A stretch of 63,772 nt of DNA, counting the filler, from Globobulimina sp. (lineage: Eukaryota), in NCBI GenBank assembly GCA_003354225.1. It is 31 parts of 31 records of this genome, joined end to end, with 100 filler letters (N's around TTAATTAATTAA, not from the genome) between each part and the next. Parts side by side here need not be neighbours in the genome. Positions count along the whole stretch, not along the records: positions 24,738 to 26,697 come from PIVH01010183.1; positions 26,798 to 28,757 come from PIVH01010184.1; positions 28,858 to 30,817 come from PIVH01010185.1; positions 30,918 to 32,877 come from PIVH01010186.1; positions 32,978 to 34,937 come from PIVH01010187.1; positions 35,038 to 36,997 come from PIVH01010188.1; 25 more parts are not named here. One strand, 5' to 3'. Numbering within the stretch: position 1 is the stretch's first letter; each line of letters begins with the position of its first letter. Positions 24,738-37,097 of this stretch are shown piece after piece. The notes below the pieces were generated by a model. That model worked only from the letters and a program-made list of their open reading frames with translations, was not told the DNA's origin and did no database searches. A program made the position numbers and the translations under genes.

Positions 24738-26367
24738 ATTAATTTCGACCCAAGCAGCGCAATGGGAAAAAGTATCTATATATTTAGGACCTACTGACGC
24801 ATTTGATGTTAAGACAGGTACATTGGATAAAGATGCAGATGTTGAAGCATATTTTATTGATTCAATGGAAACCAGCGGTTGGGGCAATTTACAAGTTCAA
24901 ATTAATAATAATAATGCAGAAAAAGATGCGATTACAGACAGACAGAGATCGTACGCATCAGGCTATGCAGAGGGAATGTTAACAGCACAAAGAATCTATG
25001 AACAATATAACAATATGAAGAGCACAGATTTTTGGGATTTCTCCAAGTGGCCAAGCCAACCGTTATTAGATTGGATGAAACAACAAAAAGAATGGCAAGA
25101 TGCACAAATTGCGGACAATGTCAATGCTGATTATTGGAAAATGGTTGAGATTATACAAGCGCAGGTCGACGGATTAATGGATGGTTATAATTTCTATGCA
25201 ACACAATATAAAACAGTGCCATATCAAAACAGTTCATGGATCTTTCAATTCCTTCAAATCTTACCAGATATTATGGACTTGGAAAATGTATTTAATATCA
25301 CCAAGCGAATGAATTATAAAACTGCAAATATGACAGCTGAGGAATATTATGCATATTTAATGAAACGTAGTCATTGCAGTGCGGTGATTAAAGTATCCCC
25401 GACATTCGATGATATATATTTTGGTCATACCACGTGGATGATTTATCAAAATATGAATAGAATATATAAACATTATATATTCAATTTCAATGATTTAAAA
25501 GCGCAGAAGTCAATATATCAACAATTCAGTTCCTATCCAGGCATATTAGGCTCGCAGGATGACTATTATATGATGGATACGATGGTGTTGTTGCAGACTA
25601 CCAACAGTATTATCAATATGTCGTTGTATGACTTGTTGCGACCGCAATCATTATGGTATTATGAAAGAATGCGAATAGCAAATCAGTTATCATCAACTGG
25701 GCCGGAATGGTATGACAATTTTAAGAGATATAATTCTGGCACCTATAATAATCAGTATATGTTGTTAGATTATCACAAATTTAAATTGAACGAGCCTTTG
25801 ACGGATGGTTTGCTTTGGATAATTGAACAAATTCCTGGCTTGGTATTGGCTGAGGATGTAACGGATATTTTAGAACGGGGTTATTGGCCTAGTTATAATG
25901 TTCCAGCTATTAAAGATATTTATGTTGCATCTGGTTATCCAGAATTGGTGAAAGCAATGGGTCCCTCATTCAGTTATGATTTGGCGCCGCGAGCAAGGAT
26001 ATTTCGAAGGGATGGAAATGATAAAATAACGGATGTGGACGGAGTTAAAGCGTTTTTAAGCTATAATAATTATAAAAATGATGCACTGGAAAATGGTAAT
26101 CCAACATGGGCAATGTCAGCAAGAGGTGATTTAGAGGCAATGAATGCTTCTCCATTTGGTGGATATGATGCAAAATGTGCAAATTATTCAATGTTAATGA
26201 ATATGGACACGTTTGCGATTAATGGGCCGACGCAATCTAAATCAAATCCAAACGGTCAAACATTACCACCGTTTACATGGAGTGATTGGCCAAAGTATGC
26301 AAATGTACATCAAGGCATTCCTGATCTTGTTGACTTTGATTGGCAATTTATGCAAAAACTATTTTGA
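24738..26367 (+). CDS. Phospholipase B-like (PLBD family Ntn hydrolase), 5' truncated
   Basis: SGWGNL, GYAEG, SHCSAVIK (catalytic Cys), SSYPG..SQDDYY, NSGTYNNQY, YWPSYNVP, PRARIFRR. Confidence 0.95.
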
Positions 26368-26512
26368 ATCAATTTTTTGGTGGTACTATACCTAGGGAAC
26401 TTTAGGACTCATACATCTATACAGAATATACACGAATTGGCTGTTACAGATTTTGACAAAAAGTACAACAGTTCTTTGTTAGATAGAAAAACTAATATCC
26501 ATACAACATTGA

Positions 26513-26697
26513 ATGGCAGCTAAAGCAGAAACATTACTGGAAAGAGAATTATTATCATTGTTAAAAGTCGATAATAGAGGATGGAATATGGCATTATTTA
26601 ATGACGCAAATAAAATGTCAGTCTGTTTATGTGCAAGTTGCGGTTTTGTATGTTGTGATGCAGTCGAATTAGATTGTGATCATAAAGAAGATGAAGA
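26513..26697 (+). CDS. RING/TRAF-type zinc-finger protein N-terminus, truncated
   Basis: CASCGFVCCDAVELDCDH. Confidence 0.6.
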
Positions 26698-26797
26698 NNN
26701 NNNNNNNNNNNNNNNNNNNNNNNNNNNNNNNNNNNNNNNNNTTAATTAATTAANNNNNNNNNNNNNNNNNNNNNNNNNNNNNNNNNNNNNNNNNNNN

Positions 26798-27711
26798 GGG
26801 GCTCCTATGGCGAAGGATCGAGCACATTGTTAAAAGTACGTGGTGTCACATACTTGAATGATAAAATAAAAGTCCACAGTAAAAATGCACTGTTCAACAT
26901 AGGTCATGTTGAGGTGTTTGAGTTGCATTCGACCGTTCATTGTTTAGCACAGAATGAATGTTCCTGGTTTTATCAAAACAGATACAAGTTACCAAAGAAT
27001 CTATTTTTTTTTATAGTTCATTTACAATTGGATTCGTTGAATTGTTCAATCGTTATATATTGGTACATTGATAAGGAGAAATATCAAAGTAATAAAATAT
27101 CTGCAATGGTGAAGGAAAAAGGTGATGGATTTTGGTGTGTTGGTTCTGATAATTATGATGAAAGTGGTTTGTTTTGGAATTTTGTGAATGGTGACTGTCA
27201 ATTTAGGAATGACAGATTGAAAATGATTGCAAGAAAGGAAGAAGGTTCTTGGTATTTGCATATACCGTCTACGCCGGCTATTATTGCCAAGAGAATACCT
27301 ACTTTTTATTATAGAGCGTATGATAAAAAAGTGTTAAATGCAGTGGCGACATGTAATACCAAATCTGAATCGCATGAACCGTATGAGTTTACAACATTGT
27401 GTCAGGACAATGAACAGAAAACAGAAAAGGAGGAAAATCATAATAAATTGCCATGTGACTGTGGCAGATGTTTTTGGATTGATACAGAGGGCAAATATCC
27501 AGAATATATGGAGTTATATTTTAACCCAGAAGCTGTATCACCAATCGCTAAAAATACAATTAAAATTGCTTCAGGTGTTACTAAATCATTATCGTGGGAA
27601 TTACATTTCTTATTAGAAGGACAAAGGAATAATATCGAATTACCTGAAACGGTTTTTGCTAATGCAAGAATTTCATATATTAAGTTAGATCATATGCTTC
27701 AAATTGATTGA
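26798..27711 (+). CDS. EDR2 C-terminal (DUF1336)-like domain protein, 5' truncated
   Basis: LKVRGVTYLNDKIKV, FFFIVHLQ, FRNDRLKMI, FLLEGQ..ELPE. Confidence 0.8.
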
Positions 27712-28039
27712 TTTGATACACTGATAACACGTATTTATAATTTAATATATTCATATTATTGACATTTGTATGGTCCAATTTTAGTTTTATCAACATTCTT
27801 AGCGGTGGATAACCTCCACCACCACCAACATCCTAGTGATCTGCAAAAGTTAGAAAATCATTTTTCAAATCTGAATTTGAAAACGCTGATCGAAGCTTTG
27901 CATGAAAAAATGAATGAGTTCAGTCATTTTATCGGAATTATGATTAATTGTGTAATAGATCTAAATTTAGAATCTTTTTCTTGATTAATTAAAGTTATCC
28001 AAGAGAAACAACTAGAAATTAAGAATTCACTATAAAATA

Positions 28040-28423
28040 ATGCCGTTATTGGAATTCCAAGATAAAAACGATATTGATGCGCTTGATACAGCAGGAATCT
28101 GTTGGATAGTATTCAACTATACATTGCTATGTCCAGTTATGATGTATTTCCTTTACCGATTTCATAAAATCGATCCAAATGAATCAGTAATGAAGTTCCG
28201 AAACAAAACAATCGTTTACATATTGAACATAATGATGCTGTTTACACTGTTATTTGAGAGGGTGTATGCCGCCGCAGTCAGTATATGGTTAATAATAAAA
28301 ATAAATTGGTTCTATCGTTTAACATTTAGTGTAGCGTGGTATATGTTAACTTTCAACAAGATCAGAATATCAAAAATCAGCATATCAAAAACAAGTACAC
28401 CAACAAGTACCACTACCAGTTAA
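28040..28423 (+). CDS. 7TM-family membrane protein N-terminal part; rest not found
   Basis: WIVFNYTLLCPVMMYFLYRF...VMKFRN parallels WNIAFYFILMPICILFIKRI...IMKKRY of 4697-5671. Confidence 0.5.
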   Translation: MPLLEFQDKNDIDALDTAGICWIVFNYTLLCPVMMYFLYRFHKIDPNESVMKFRNKTIVYILNIMMLFTLLFERVYAAAVSIWLIIKINWFYRLTFSVAWYMLTFNKIRISKISISKTSTPTSTTTS

Positions 28424-29129
28424 ACTATGAAGATTCTCTTGAGCTAATTGAATGCGAATGATCCTTGCTTCATATTTTATTATTTGATACTTTCTAATAT
28501 CTAAAACAAAGCGTTATAAAAAGCAATTTGTTTCATAATTGTCAATCTGATGCTAGATAAGATGTGGAATATTCTAAATAGAATTTTCCTTCAAAAATTT
28601 AATTTAAATTGCATTGACGAGGCCAATCCACGGTAAAATTTAGTAAAAGGCGAAAGATTAGTTCGTTTTGAATTAACCTCTGCTAATGTTTAAACAACAC
28701 ATTTAGCAAAACTACAGAATTCCTCAATCAAATCTTGTCTTTATAATCTCTTTGCACNNNNNNNNNNNNNNNNNNNNNNNNNNNNNNNNNNNNNNNNNNN
28801 NTTAATTAATTAANNNNNNNNNNNNNNNNNNNNNNNNNNNNNNNNNNNNNNNNNNNNAAATGGATGAAAAAACATACGAGTATGCGTGTGATAGTTATGT
28901 TTGGTAATGTTTTAATTTAAAATGCTTTGTTATAACTATGTTTGTTTACATTTATATAATTTATACATTTGTACTTCGTCGAAATGCGTGGTCACCATAT
29001 GTCAGATGTGAATATGTACGCATACTAAATTAATATTAGTTGAATCTTATCTGTCAGCAGCAGATTGACATGGTTTGGATTTAATTTCTGACGACACAAA
29101 GCGAAAAATAAAAATTACAAATTGTCATC

Positions 29130-30817
29130 TCAAAAAACACAAACGGGATAGGTTGCTGATGTCCGTAACCATTGATCAATTTCTATTGCGTTTCCATAAA
29201 AAGGATGTTCAATCCCTTTACCTTTGTAATCATGTCCTAATGTAATACACCAAAAGCCATTCACATTTATTGTATGATATTCATTTAACACAAAATTATA
29301 AACATTTTCTTGATATTTCCATTGTATTTGATTTAATTCTTTTGGCTCATACCATTTTAATCCATATTGTTTAATTTCATTTGTTCCTAAACCTAAATAT
29401 TTCAAAGCATCATATTTATTCCCATTGTTTGTTAATAATATATTTGTTTGATTATTATTCAATAAAATTGGATGTTCAAAAGTAATCCAAAAACTATCAT
29501 TAACATAAACCATTTCTATATTTCTATTTAAATTTGATATTTGAATACATTTAATGGTCGTAAATCCATTTGGAAACGACGCCACTTCGTCCCCAATACA
29601 CACATTTTCAATCGATTTATATGAACCATCCCTCATTAAAACCTTTCCTTTTCCATCAAAACATTTTGGTTGGTAATTGCGAGAATATTCTCTTGATTTT
29701 ATGATCCGTTTTCTTGTTTTGTCAATTTCTTGTCGAATATGTGTATTTGAATGTTTTTTATCATTATACATTAAATCCATTATATACTCCGCCAACTTAT
29801 AGTCACCTCCGCGTCGATGATATACATACTCTCCATTTGCTACTTTCTGCCAAATATTTGCGCCATACTTATGAATCAATAACTTACCAATTTCCAATCG
29901 ATCATGATAACAAGCATGAAGTAACGCTGTTTTCTGCGTTTTATCGACTTTATTAATATACGCTGCCATATTTTCATGTTGTTTTGTTTTGACTATTTCA
30001 TTATAAATCAGCTCAATAACATCGACATGAACAAACAATGTGGCTCCTTCTATGGCCATTGAAAGAATTGTTTTATTATTTTTATCTGTCAACAGTACAT
30101 TGGCACCATATTTAATTAACAAATCAACGACTCCATCAATCAGAAAATATTCAATCACAAGAAAAATAATCGACCGTGGAACATGATACGGAACGTATCC
30201 ATTGACTAATAAATGTATTTCATTTTTATTTAAAAAGTTATTTTTAGATTTATTATATCCATAACCGGCTTTTGCTGCGACCATCAAAGGGGTTACACCA
30301 TGTTTGCCCCGATAATCAATATCAATTTTATCTGCGCCCCGTTCATATATAAATTGCACACATGACACACAGCCACCTTTCACTGCCTTGCAAAATATTT
30401 CATTATTAACCTGCACTCCATTTTGAAGCAAATAATAAACGCATAGCGAATGTCCACCAGAGACAGCTGGTACTAATGGCGGGGTCATGTGCTCACTATT
30501 TGTATATTTAAATCCTTTCTCGATATCGGCACCGGACTCAATTAATAATTTCATAAATTCAACGCGGTTTTTTTCTGCCGCTACATACATTGCTGTGGTT
30601 TGTTTGAATCCATCGTTGGCAGATAAATTAGGATCGGTTTTTAAATGACGAATACCTGCGCCCACTTCATTAATATATGAATATTTCAGTCTAATACCAA
30701 CCGGATTTAATAATAATTTAAATATATCCAATTCATCGTATTCCACAGCGCAATATAACTCATTTCCAAATATATTCACATTTGGATGGGATAACAGTAA
30801 TTTCACAACAGCAAAAT
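29130..30817 (-). CDS. Ankyrin-repeat protein with C-terminal Hint (Vint-type) domain, 5' truncated
   Basis: Ank repeats (TAMYVAAEKN, TPLMVAAKAG, TALLHACYH); Hint CFDGKGKVLMRDGSYKSIENVCIGDEV, WITFEHP, VYNFVL; Vint tail CITLGH...HPFYG. Confidence 0.88.
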
Positions 30818-31024
30818 NNNNNNNNNNNNNNNNNNNNNNNNNNNNNNNNNNNNNNNNNNNNTTAATTAATTAANNNNNNNNNNNNNNNNNNNNNNNNNNN
30901 NNNNNNNNNNNNNNNNNGACATCCCCCAATTAAAAAACAAAAATTAAATAATTTAGATTCTGTACAAATATATGATGCTAACGCAAAACATCAAAGTTAT
31001 CATTTATTCCATAAAAATGATGAA

Positions 31025-31372
31025 ATGCCTTTAATTGAAGAAAATGAAAAAGAAACGGAATTAAGAAATTTTGTTAAAAATAAAATGGGATTCAATGAAA
31101 AAATGGTAAAATTATTAATGAAACATGGATTTGATACATTGCAAATATTGGCATCGATGACAGAGAATAATTTAAAAGAAATTGAAGAAAGAGAGCAGCA
31201 GTTAATTCCAATCGGACACAAAAATCTCATCCTATCAAATATTGCCAAATTTAACAATAACAATAAAAATAATAACAATGATAAAAAAGATAAAAACGAT
31301 AAAAACGATAAAAAAAATAAAAATGATTCTCCAAATAAGAAAGTAGAAAAAGCAAACTCGCCTCCATTATGA
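31025..31372 (+). CDS. SAM-domain fragment
   Basis: LMKHGFDTLQILASMTENNLKEI...IPIGHKNLILSNI. Confidence 0.65.
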   Translation: MPLIEENEKETELRNFVKNKMGFNEKMVKLLMKHGFDTLQILASMTENNLKEIEEREQQLIPIGHKNLILSNIAKFNNNNKNNNNDKKDKNDKNDKKNKNDSPNKKVEKANSPPL

Positions 31373-31484
31373 TGTTAATATTGTTTTGCGATTTATTTTT
31401 CTTTTATCTCATCTCTTCTTAATTTGTTTTAATATTTCTGAAGTAAAATAAAACCGGACTAAGCAAAATCCTTCCACCACCAAC

Positions 31485-32877
31485 ATGGTATATTCTCCAT
31501 CAACCCACCAAAACAACAACAAAAAACAAAAAAAAACAACAGTCTCAACCAGCGAAAGATTCACAGTCGAATTCGAAACCAACACTACACAATGACAAGA
31601 AAGAAGATCTAGAAAAGGAACCACCACCAACCGAATCATACCGGCGGTACCGCAATCTCGACAAAATAAAACAACAAAGAAGATATCGAAACTCAATCTC
31701 GACAGAATCACCAATCGTAATGTTAACCCCACCCAACGCAGAGGAAGCACGTAATGAAGAACGCAGACTCTCCAACGCCTCCATACACAGCACCGCCTCC
31801 ACCAGCAACCAAAAAGACGACAACGAAAACCATTTAGTACCGCCCGCCGAGCCAGAACCTGAGGAAATTGTCGCCAGACTAATCTCACAACGGCGTCCAT
31901 CCACAATCACCACTTTATCCTCCATCATCAAACAAATATTCATCGACAAAAAGGTGAAAGAGGACGGCATCCCCTCCTTAGTCATCGACGGCATCTATTT
32001 GGGCAGCATTGGTGCAGCAAAAAACTTGCAATGGCTGAAAACGAAGGGGGTGACCCACGTATTATGTGTGGCGGGCGGCATTGGCGCCTGTTACCCGAAG
32101 CAATTCATCTACAAAGTTGTCGACATCAACGATGCTCCCAACGAGGACATCACTGCCCACTTTATATCCTGTTACCAATTCATTGAAACTTGTTTGAAGG
32201 CCAACGGCAAAGTTTTAGTGCATTGCTTTGCCGGCATGTCGCGTTCAGTGACTGTGGTCTCTGCCTATTTGATGCAGAAAAGGCGTATGTACGCAGTGCC
32301 GGCACTGAAGTTTGTCAAATCGAAGCGGAGCATTGCTAATCCAAACGCCGGTTTTATTGTACAGCTGATCAAATATCAAAAAGTGCTTGGAATGCGACGC
32401 AAGAACTCATTGGATTTGCCTTCGAGTTCAGGTGACGAGTCGTCACATTCGCATGAGGATGTATATGAGGATGAGGATGATGGGAAAGCGGCGCAGCCAA
32501 AGGTGAAATCGCTGAAAAGTCTCGCTTTTGCCGTTAAAAATAACAAGAAAAGTAATAAAAATAATGAACTGGATTCGCCTTCGAAATCTGAATCATTGAC
32601 TATAAAATGTTACGTTATATGCTATTCTTTGTATGCTTAGGTGCGAGGATGATTTATTTTTGTTTTTAATGTCATTTCAGTGTCGCCCATAGTGAAAGAG
32701 TGGGAAAGTGGGAGAAGACCGAGTTTGTTTACAGCATTGGATAGATTGCGGGGCATGAAATTGAGACATCGGCGGGTTGGGAGCACGGAGAGTAACATAT
32801 CGGCGATGAGTGATAAAGATAATGGATTACCACCGCCGGCAGCACCGGTACCGACACCGCCGGATCAGTTAAGTGGA
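31485..32877 (+). CDS. Dual-specificity protein phosphatase; introns 31488-31542 and 32609-32680; 3' truncated
   Basis: IYLGS, VHCFAGMSRS catalytic loop, AYLM, NPNAGF; both introns keep the frame. Confidence 0.92.
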
Positions 32878-32977
32878 NNNNNNNNNNNNNNNNNNNNNNN
32901 NNNNNNNNNNNNNNNNNNNNNTTAATTAATTAANNNNNNNNNNNNNNNNNNNNNNNNNNNNNNNNNNNNNNNNNNNN

Positions 32978-33850
32978 AATCCGTCGTTAAGTACATGGAA
33001 TGCATCGTATTCTCAATCTAATAATGTGGATTTGATCGAATTTGTAACAATTCCAAATAATCCAACTGGTCGCATGAACAAAACATATTATCCAGACAAT
33101 AAATACACAGTTTACGATATGGTTTATGATTGGCCGTCAATTGCATTGAATACAACAGAAAATGCTAATTTCGAGAATATGATCTTTTCAATGTCTAAAT
33201 TAAGCGGAGATGCTGGCACACGGATTGGATGGGCCTTTATTTCGGATGCCCGCGTTGCAATATATATGGCTCAATTCATTGCATTAATGAATATTGCACC
33301 TTCCATCGATGCAATGTATCGGACATTGGTTGTATTGCAACATTTGTCTGGACAGAAAATGACATTTTTTAATACAATGCGGTCAATGTTGCATAAACGA
33401 TGGGATATTATTTTGCCGCTATTTAATGCACAACGCACATATTGTTTATTGAGTGAATATGGCAGTTTTTATTTATGGGTCAAAATTAACGATACGAGTG
33501 TCAATCTGTATGCTGTTTTGTTGTCGTATCACATTTTAGGATCAAGTGGCGGCACATATGGAGCAACAGACAATTTCTGTAGAATTGAAATTGTTCAACC
33601 AACTGCGACATTTAATGTATTGGTTCAAAAATTGAAAATATTGCTCGCCGACAAAGTTATCGATGGTGAGCTTGTAATTGATGAGGATACCAAATTGAAT
33701 CAAAACGCAAGTAATCAATTTCAATTATTCGATAAAACTGCTGCTGTATTATGCATTTTATTTGCTGCAATCGTGCTATTGTTTTGTTGTTATGCTCGTC
33801 AGTATAATAAAAGAAATGTATCCACATTCAACTATATTCCTAAACGTTAA
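32978..33850 (+). CDS. Alliinase / tryptophan aminotransferase-related PLP enzyme with C-terminal TM, 5' truncated
   Basis: IEFVTIPNNPTG, VYDMVYDWP, FSMSKLSGDAGTRIGWA (PLP lysine); hydrophobic tail AAVLCILFAAIVLLFCCYA. Confidence 0.85.
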   Translation, partial: NPSLSTWNASYSQSNNVDLIEFVTIPNNPTGRMNKTYYPDNKYTVYDMVYDWPSIALNTTENANFENMIFSMSKLSGDAGTRIGWAFISDARVAIYMAQFIALMNIAPSIDAMYRTLVVLQHLSGQKMTFFNTMRSMLHKRWDIILPLFNAQRTYCLLSEYGSFYLWVKINDTSVNLYAVLLSYHILGSSGGTYGATDNFCRIEIVQPTATFNVLVQKLKILLADKVIDGELVIDEDTKLNQNASNQFQLFDKTAAVLCILFAAIVLLFCCYARQYNKRNVSTFNYIPKR

Positions 33851-33975
33851 TCGGGATAATTTAATTATAAATAGTCACAGACACAAACAAACTATTATAA
33901 TATATTAGAGTACTATTTTAATATTATATCACAACAAAAATAACAAACCAAACACACACAATACACACACAAGTA

Positions 33976-34320
33976 TCATGAACTTTCATTTTGATCATAC
34001 TTATACTCTCTACATAAACTTGCTAATTCCTTCTGATTAACTCCCATTTTAGTTTTCAAATTATCTGGTAACTGCTTGATATATTTTATTGCTTTATGTG
34101 TTAAATGCGATCGTAATCTTTTTACATTATTTCTCACTCTCTCCCAAATCCAATCTGCTGAATTTGTTTCTGATTTAAACAATATAAAAAAAATGATTGT
34201 CGACTCGAAAAATGAAATTGAATCTGCATCCATTAAAAGTTCCAGTTCCCATATTAAATCATCAGTTGCTCCCTTTAATATCTTCTCCCCTAAAATCACA
34301 ACCTCTGAACCTGTTTGGGT
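33976..34320 (-). CDS. Hypothetical protein, probably a last exon
   Basis: 107-aa ORF with globular composition; no start context established. Confidence 0.35.
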   Translation of the reverse strand, partial: TQTGSEVVILGEKILKGATDDLIWELELLMDADSISFFESTIIFFILFKSETNSADWIWERVRNNVKRLRSHLTHKAIKYIKQLPDNLKTKMGVNQKELASLCREYKYDQNESS

Positions 34321-34446
34321 GTATTTTTTATTTTAGAATTGTATCAGATATTAATATCTATATTAACAAAATCCTATCATCGTATAGTAAGCAGTAGAAA
34401 GTGTAACGGTTGATTTTCCATCATAGTCTCACAGTAGATATCAAAA

Positions 34447-34488
<42 letters not shown>
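34447..34488. repeat. (ACTT)n microsatellite, about 10 units
   Basis: Read directly from sequence. Confidence 0.95.
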
Positions 34489-34489
<1 letters not shown>

Positions 34490-35226
34490 TTAACAAACCG
34501 GAGTGTTTGTGTGTACATTTCTGAATATGTTGTTATTTTGAAATGTACTGTCAGAATGTGATGGGATTTCGGTACTTATCATATATGTATACGTACTGGA
34601 GAACTAAACTCGGATTTGGCATATCATGATATAAAATAAGTTGGCGAATACGATCAATTTCTTCTTTTGTAACCGGCGCACCTTTCAATAAATATGTTGC
34701 TATTTTGGCTGAATTTGCTCCGTGAATAATTCTTTTACGATATTTGTCCACTGACTGTTGTAAACAAAAAGTCATAGCTACCCACGTATATACTATTTGT
34801 TTCAATAAAATTGTACTAAACTTCAGGTAAATATTTACATTTTATGGATGGAATCCATCGTTCCAGATCATGTGCCAACGCCGCATATATTAAGGTAAGT
34901 GGAGGTGCGATACCTTTATTTCTTGCAAATTTAGCACNNNNNNNNNNNNNNNNNNNNNNNNNNNNNNNNNNNNNNNNNNNNTTAATTAATTAANNNNNNN
35001 NNNNNNNNNNNNNNNNNNNNNNNNNNNNNNNNNNNNNGCGTATAGGTTGTGTTATAATAATTAGTGTTGCTATTATCAACCAAGAGATGTGTTTGTGTCG
35101 GTTTGCCATAATACGAAATAGATTCAGTAAACAAGAATACTTAGTATTCTTGCAGTAAAGATGGAATTATTAAAAGCAAAAAAAACTGTAAATACTGAGC
35201 AGCTGCCTATTAAATACTGAGTCGAC

Positions 35227-36635
35227 ATGCGGACTTTGCGCTTAGTTTTGGGGATGTATTTATTGGTATCAATGTATTTGGTACACTCAGAAACCACACC
35301 TCTATTCTCAACCGCGTTTGAAACAAATTGGTCATTTCTTGGAAGAGAACCTGAAGTAACATTAAATGATTACATTTCAAGAGAACCCACCGATGCATAT
35401 GAAATCATTTATGATTTAATGAAACGCGTATTTACGAAAGCAAACTATAATCCAAACTTAATTAATAAATTCAAACTTGAATTGATTGAAAGTCATGAAA
35501 GCAAAGACACAAATGATTTGAATAATATTCTTTCATTAAATCTAAATGTTTTAGAATTAGATAACGATGGTTCGTCCATAATACTTCGCGGTTCATCCAT
35601 CATTGAATTGGGTGTGGCATTCAATTGGTATTTAGAAGAATGGTGCAATACAACGTATGATTGGAGTACGTATACGCTGGAATTACCAGAAATGTTCCCA
35701 TTACCAAGTTACTCGAAAAAAATACAGAGTGTTCCTTTGATTTATTATGAAAATGTGGTGACTGTTTCGTATAGCTTTGCTTGGTGGGATTGGAAGGAGT
35801 GGCAAACGCATTTGGATTGGATGGTGATGCATGGAATTAACGTTCCATTGGCCTTCACCGGCACAGAATATGTATTTGCAAAAACATTTATCAGTTTGGG
35901 TTTAACGAAACTGATATGCAGAGCTTTTTTGCTGGCCCAGCTTTCTATGCTTGGCAAAGGTATATATTCATACATTATATATTTAATTTTAATTACTGTC
36001 TATATTTAATTTAAAATTAAAGGATGGGCAATATTCAAGGATGGGGTGGACCGTTGCGGGAAGCGACTATTATGCAACAATACAATTTACAGTTACAGAT
36101 ATTAGCGAGAATGAATACATTCGGAATGTCGCCAATTATGACCTGTTTTGCAGGGCATTTACCAAATGCAGTCACCACATTATTCCCCAATGCATCGGTT
36201 ACAAAGTCACCAAAATGGAGTGGGTTTGAAGCACCATATTGTTGTGTTTATTTATTAAATTTTACTGATCCATTATTTTATGACATTGGTAAAACATTTA
36301 TTGAGTTCCAAACAAAATATTATGGTACGAGCCATCTGTATCAATGTGATACGTTCAATGAAATGGTACCGCCATCCGCAACAGCTCAATATTTGCAAAA
36401 TGCCACTTTTTTAACCTATAAAGCCATGGTGGATGCGGATGAAAATGCGATTTGGATAATGCAGACTTGGCTGTTTTTAGAGTCATTTTGGAGCTGTATC
36501 AATATTCAAAATTATTTGTCCGGCGTAGACAATGAATCACTCATTTTATTGGATGTTGAGTCCAATGAAAAACCGACATTTTCAAAGTGTGATGGTTTCT
36601 TTGGTAAAGCATGGATTTACAGCACAAAGGCTTAA
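35227..36635 (+). pseudogene. NAGLU: Alpha-N-acetylglucosaminidase (GH89) with a 1-nt frameshift near 35908, intron 35960-36022 and early end (pseudogene or assembly error)
   Basis: Signal peptide; YYENVVTVSYSFAWWDW, LDWMVMHGINVPLA, shifted-frame FFAGPAFYAWQR spliced to MGNIQGWGGPL, CDTFNEM, WIMQTWLF; similarity stops at WIY. Confidence 0.85.
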
Positions 36636-37097
36636 ATGGACCGTTAAATACGATATCATATGGAATTCCATTGTCGTTAAGCAATTATGCTTCAAGGCAT
36701 GCGATTTATTATAAAATGGAATATTTTTGGTGATATAACTTGCGTGTAACTCCATCATAAATATATATTATCTGACTCACTCACTTACTAAAGTAACAAT
36801 CACTAGCTAGTATCTGTGCTTATCGCAGTGGTTTCTTTCGCGATACAACTATTGAAGACTACTAAGAAGAAATGAGCACGTTTTGGTTTGTTTCAGAAAT
36901 AGTGAGTTATATTATTTGGAGTTTCATTATTACTTTCTCAGTCTATGCAAATATCAAATTGCGTCGAAACAAGAATGATATGTTTGTTGAAAAAAGANNN
37001 NNNNNNNNNNNNNNNNNNNNNNNNNNNNNNNNNNNNNNNNNTTAATTAATTAANNNNNNNNNNNNNNNNNNNNNNNNNNNNNNNNNNNNNNNNNNNN

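Noticed and set aside
24738-26367. Non-standard genetic code
   Set aside because: Long conserved ORFs read cleanly in the standard code, and the breaks seen are explained by introns or indels
34447-34488. (ACTT)n and (CCTA)n as telomeric repeats
   Set aside because: Short, internal, 4-nt units not at contig ends
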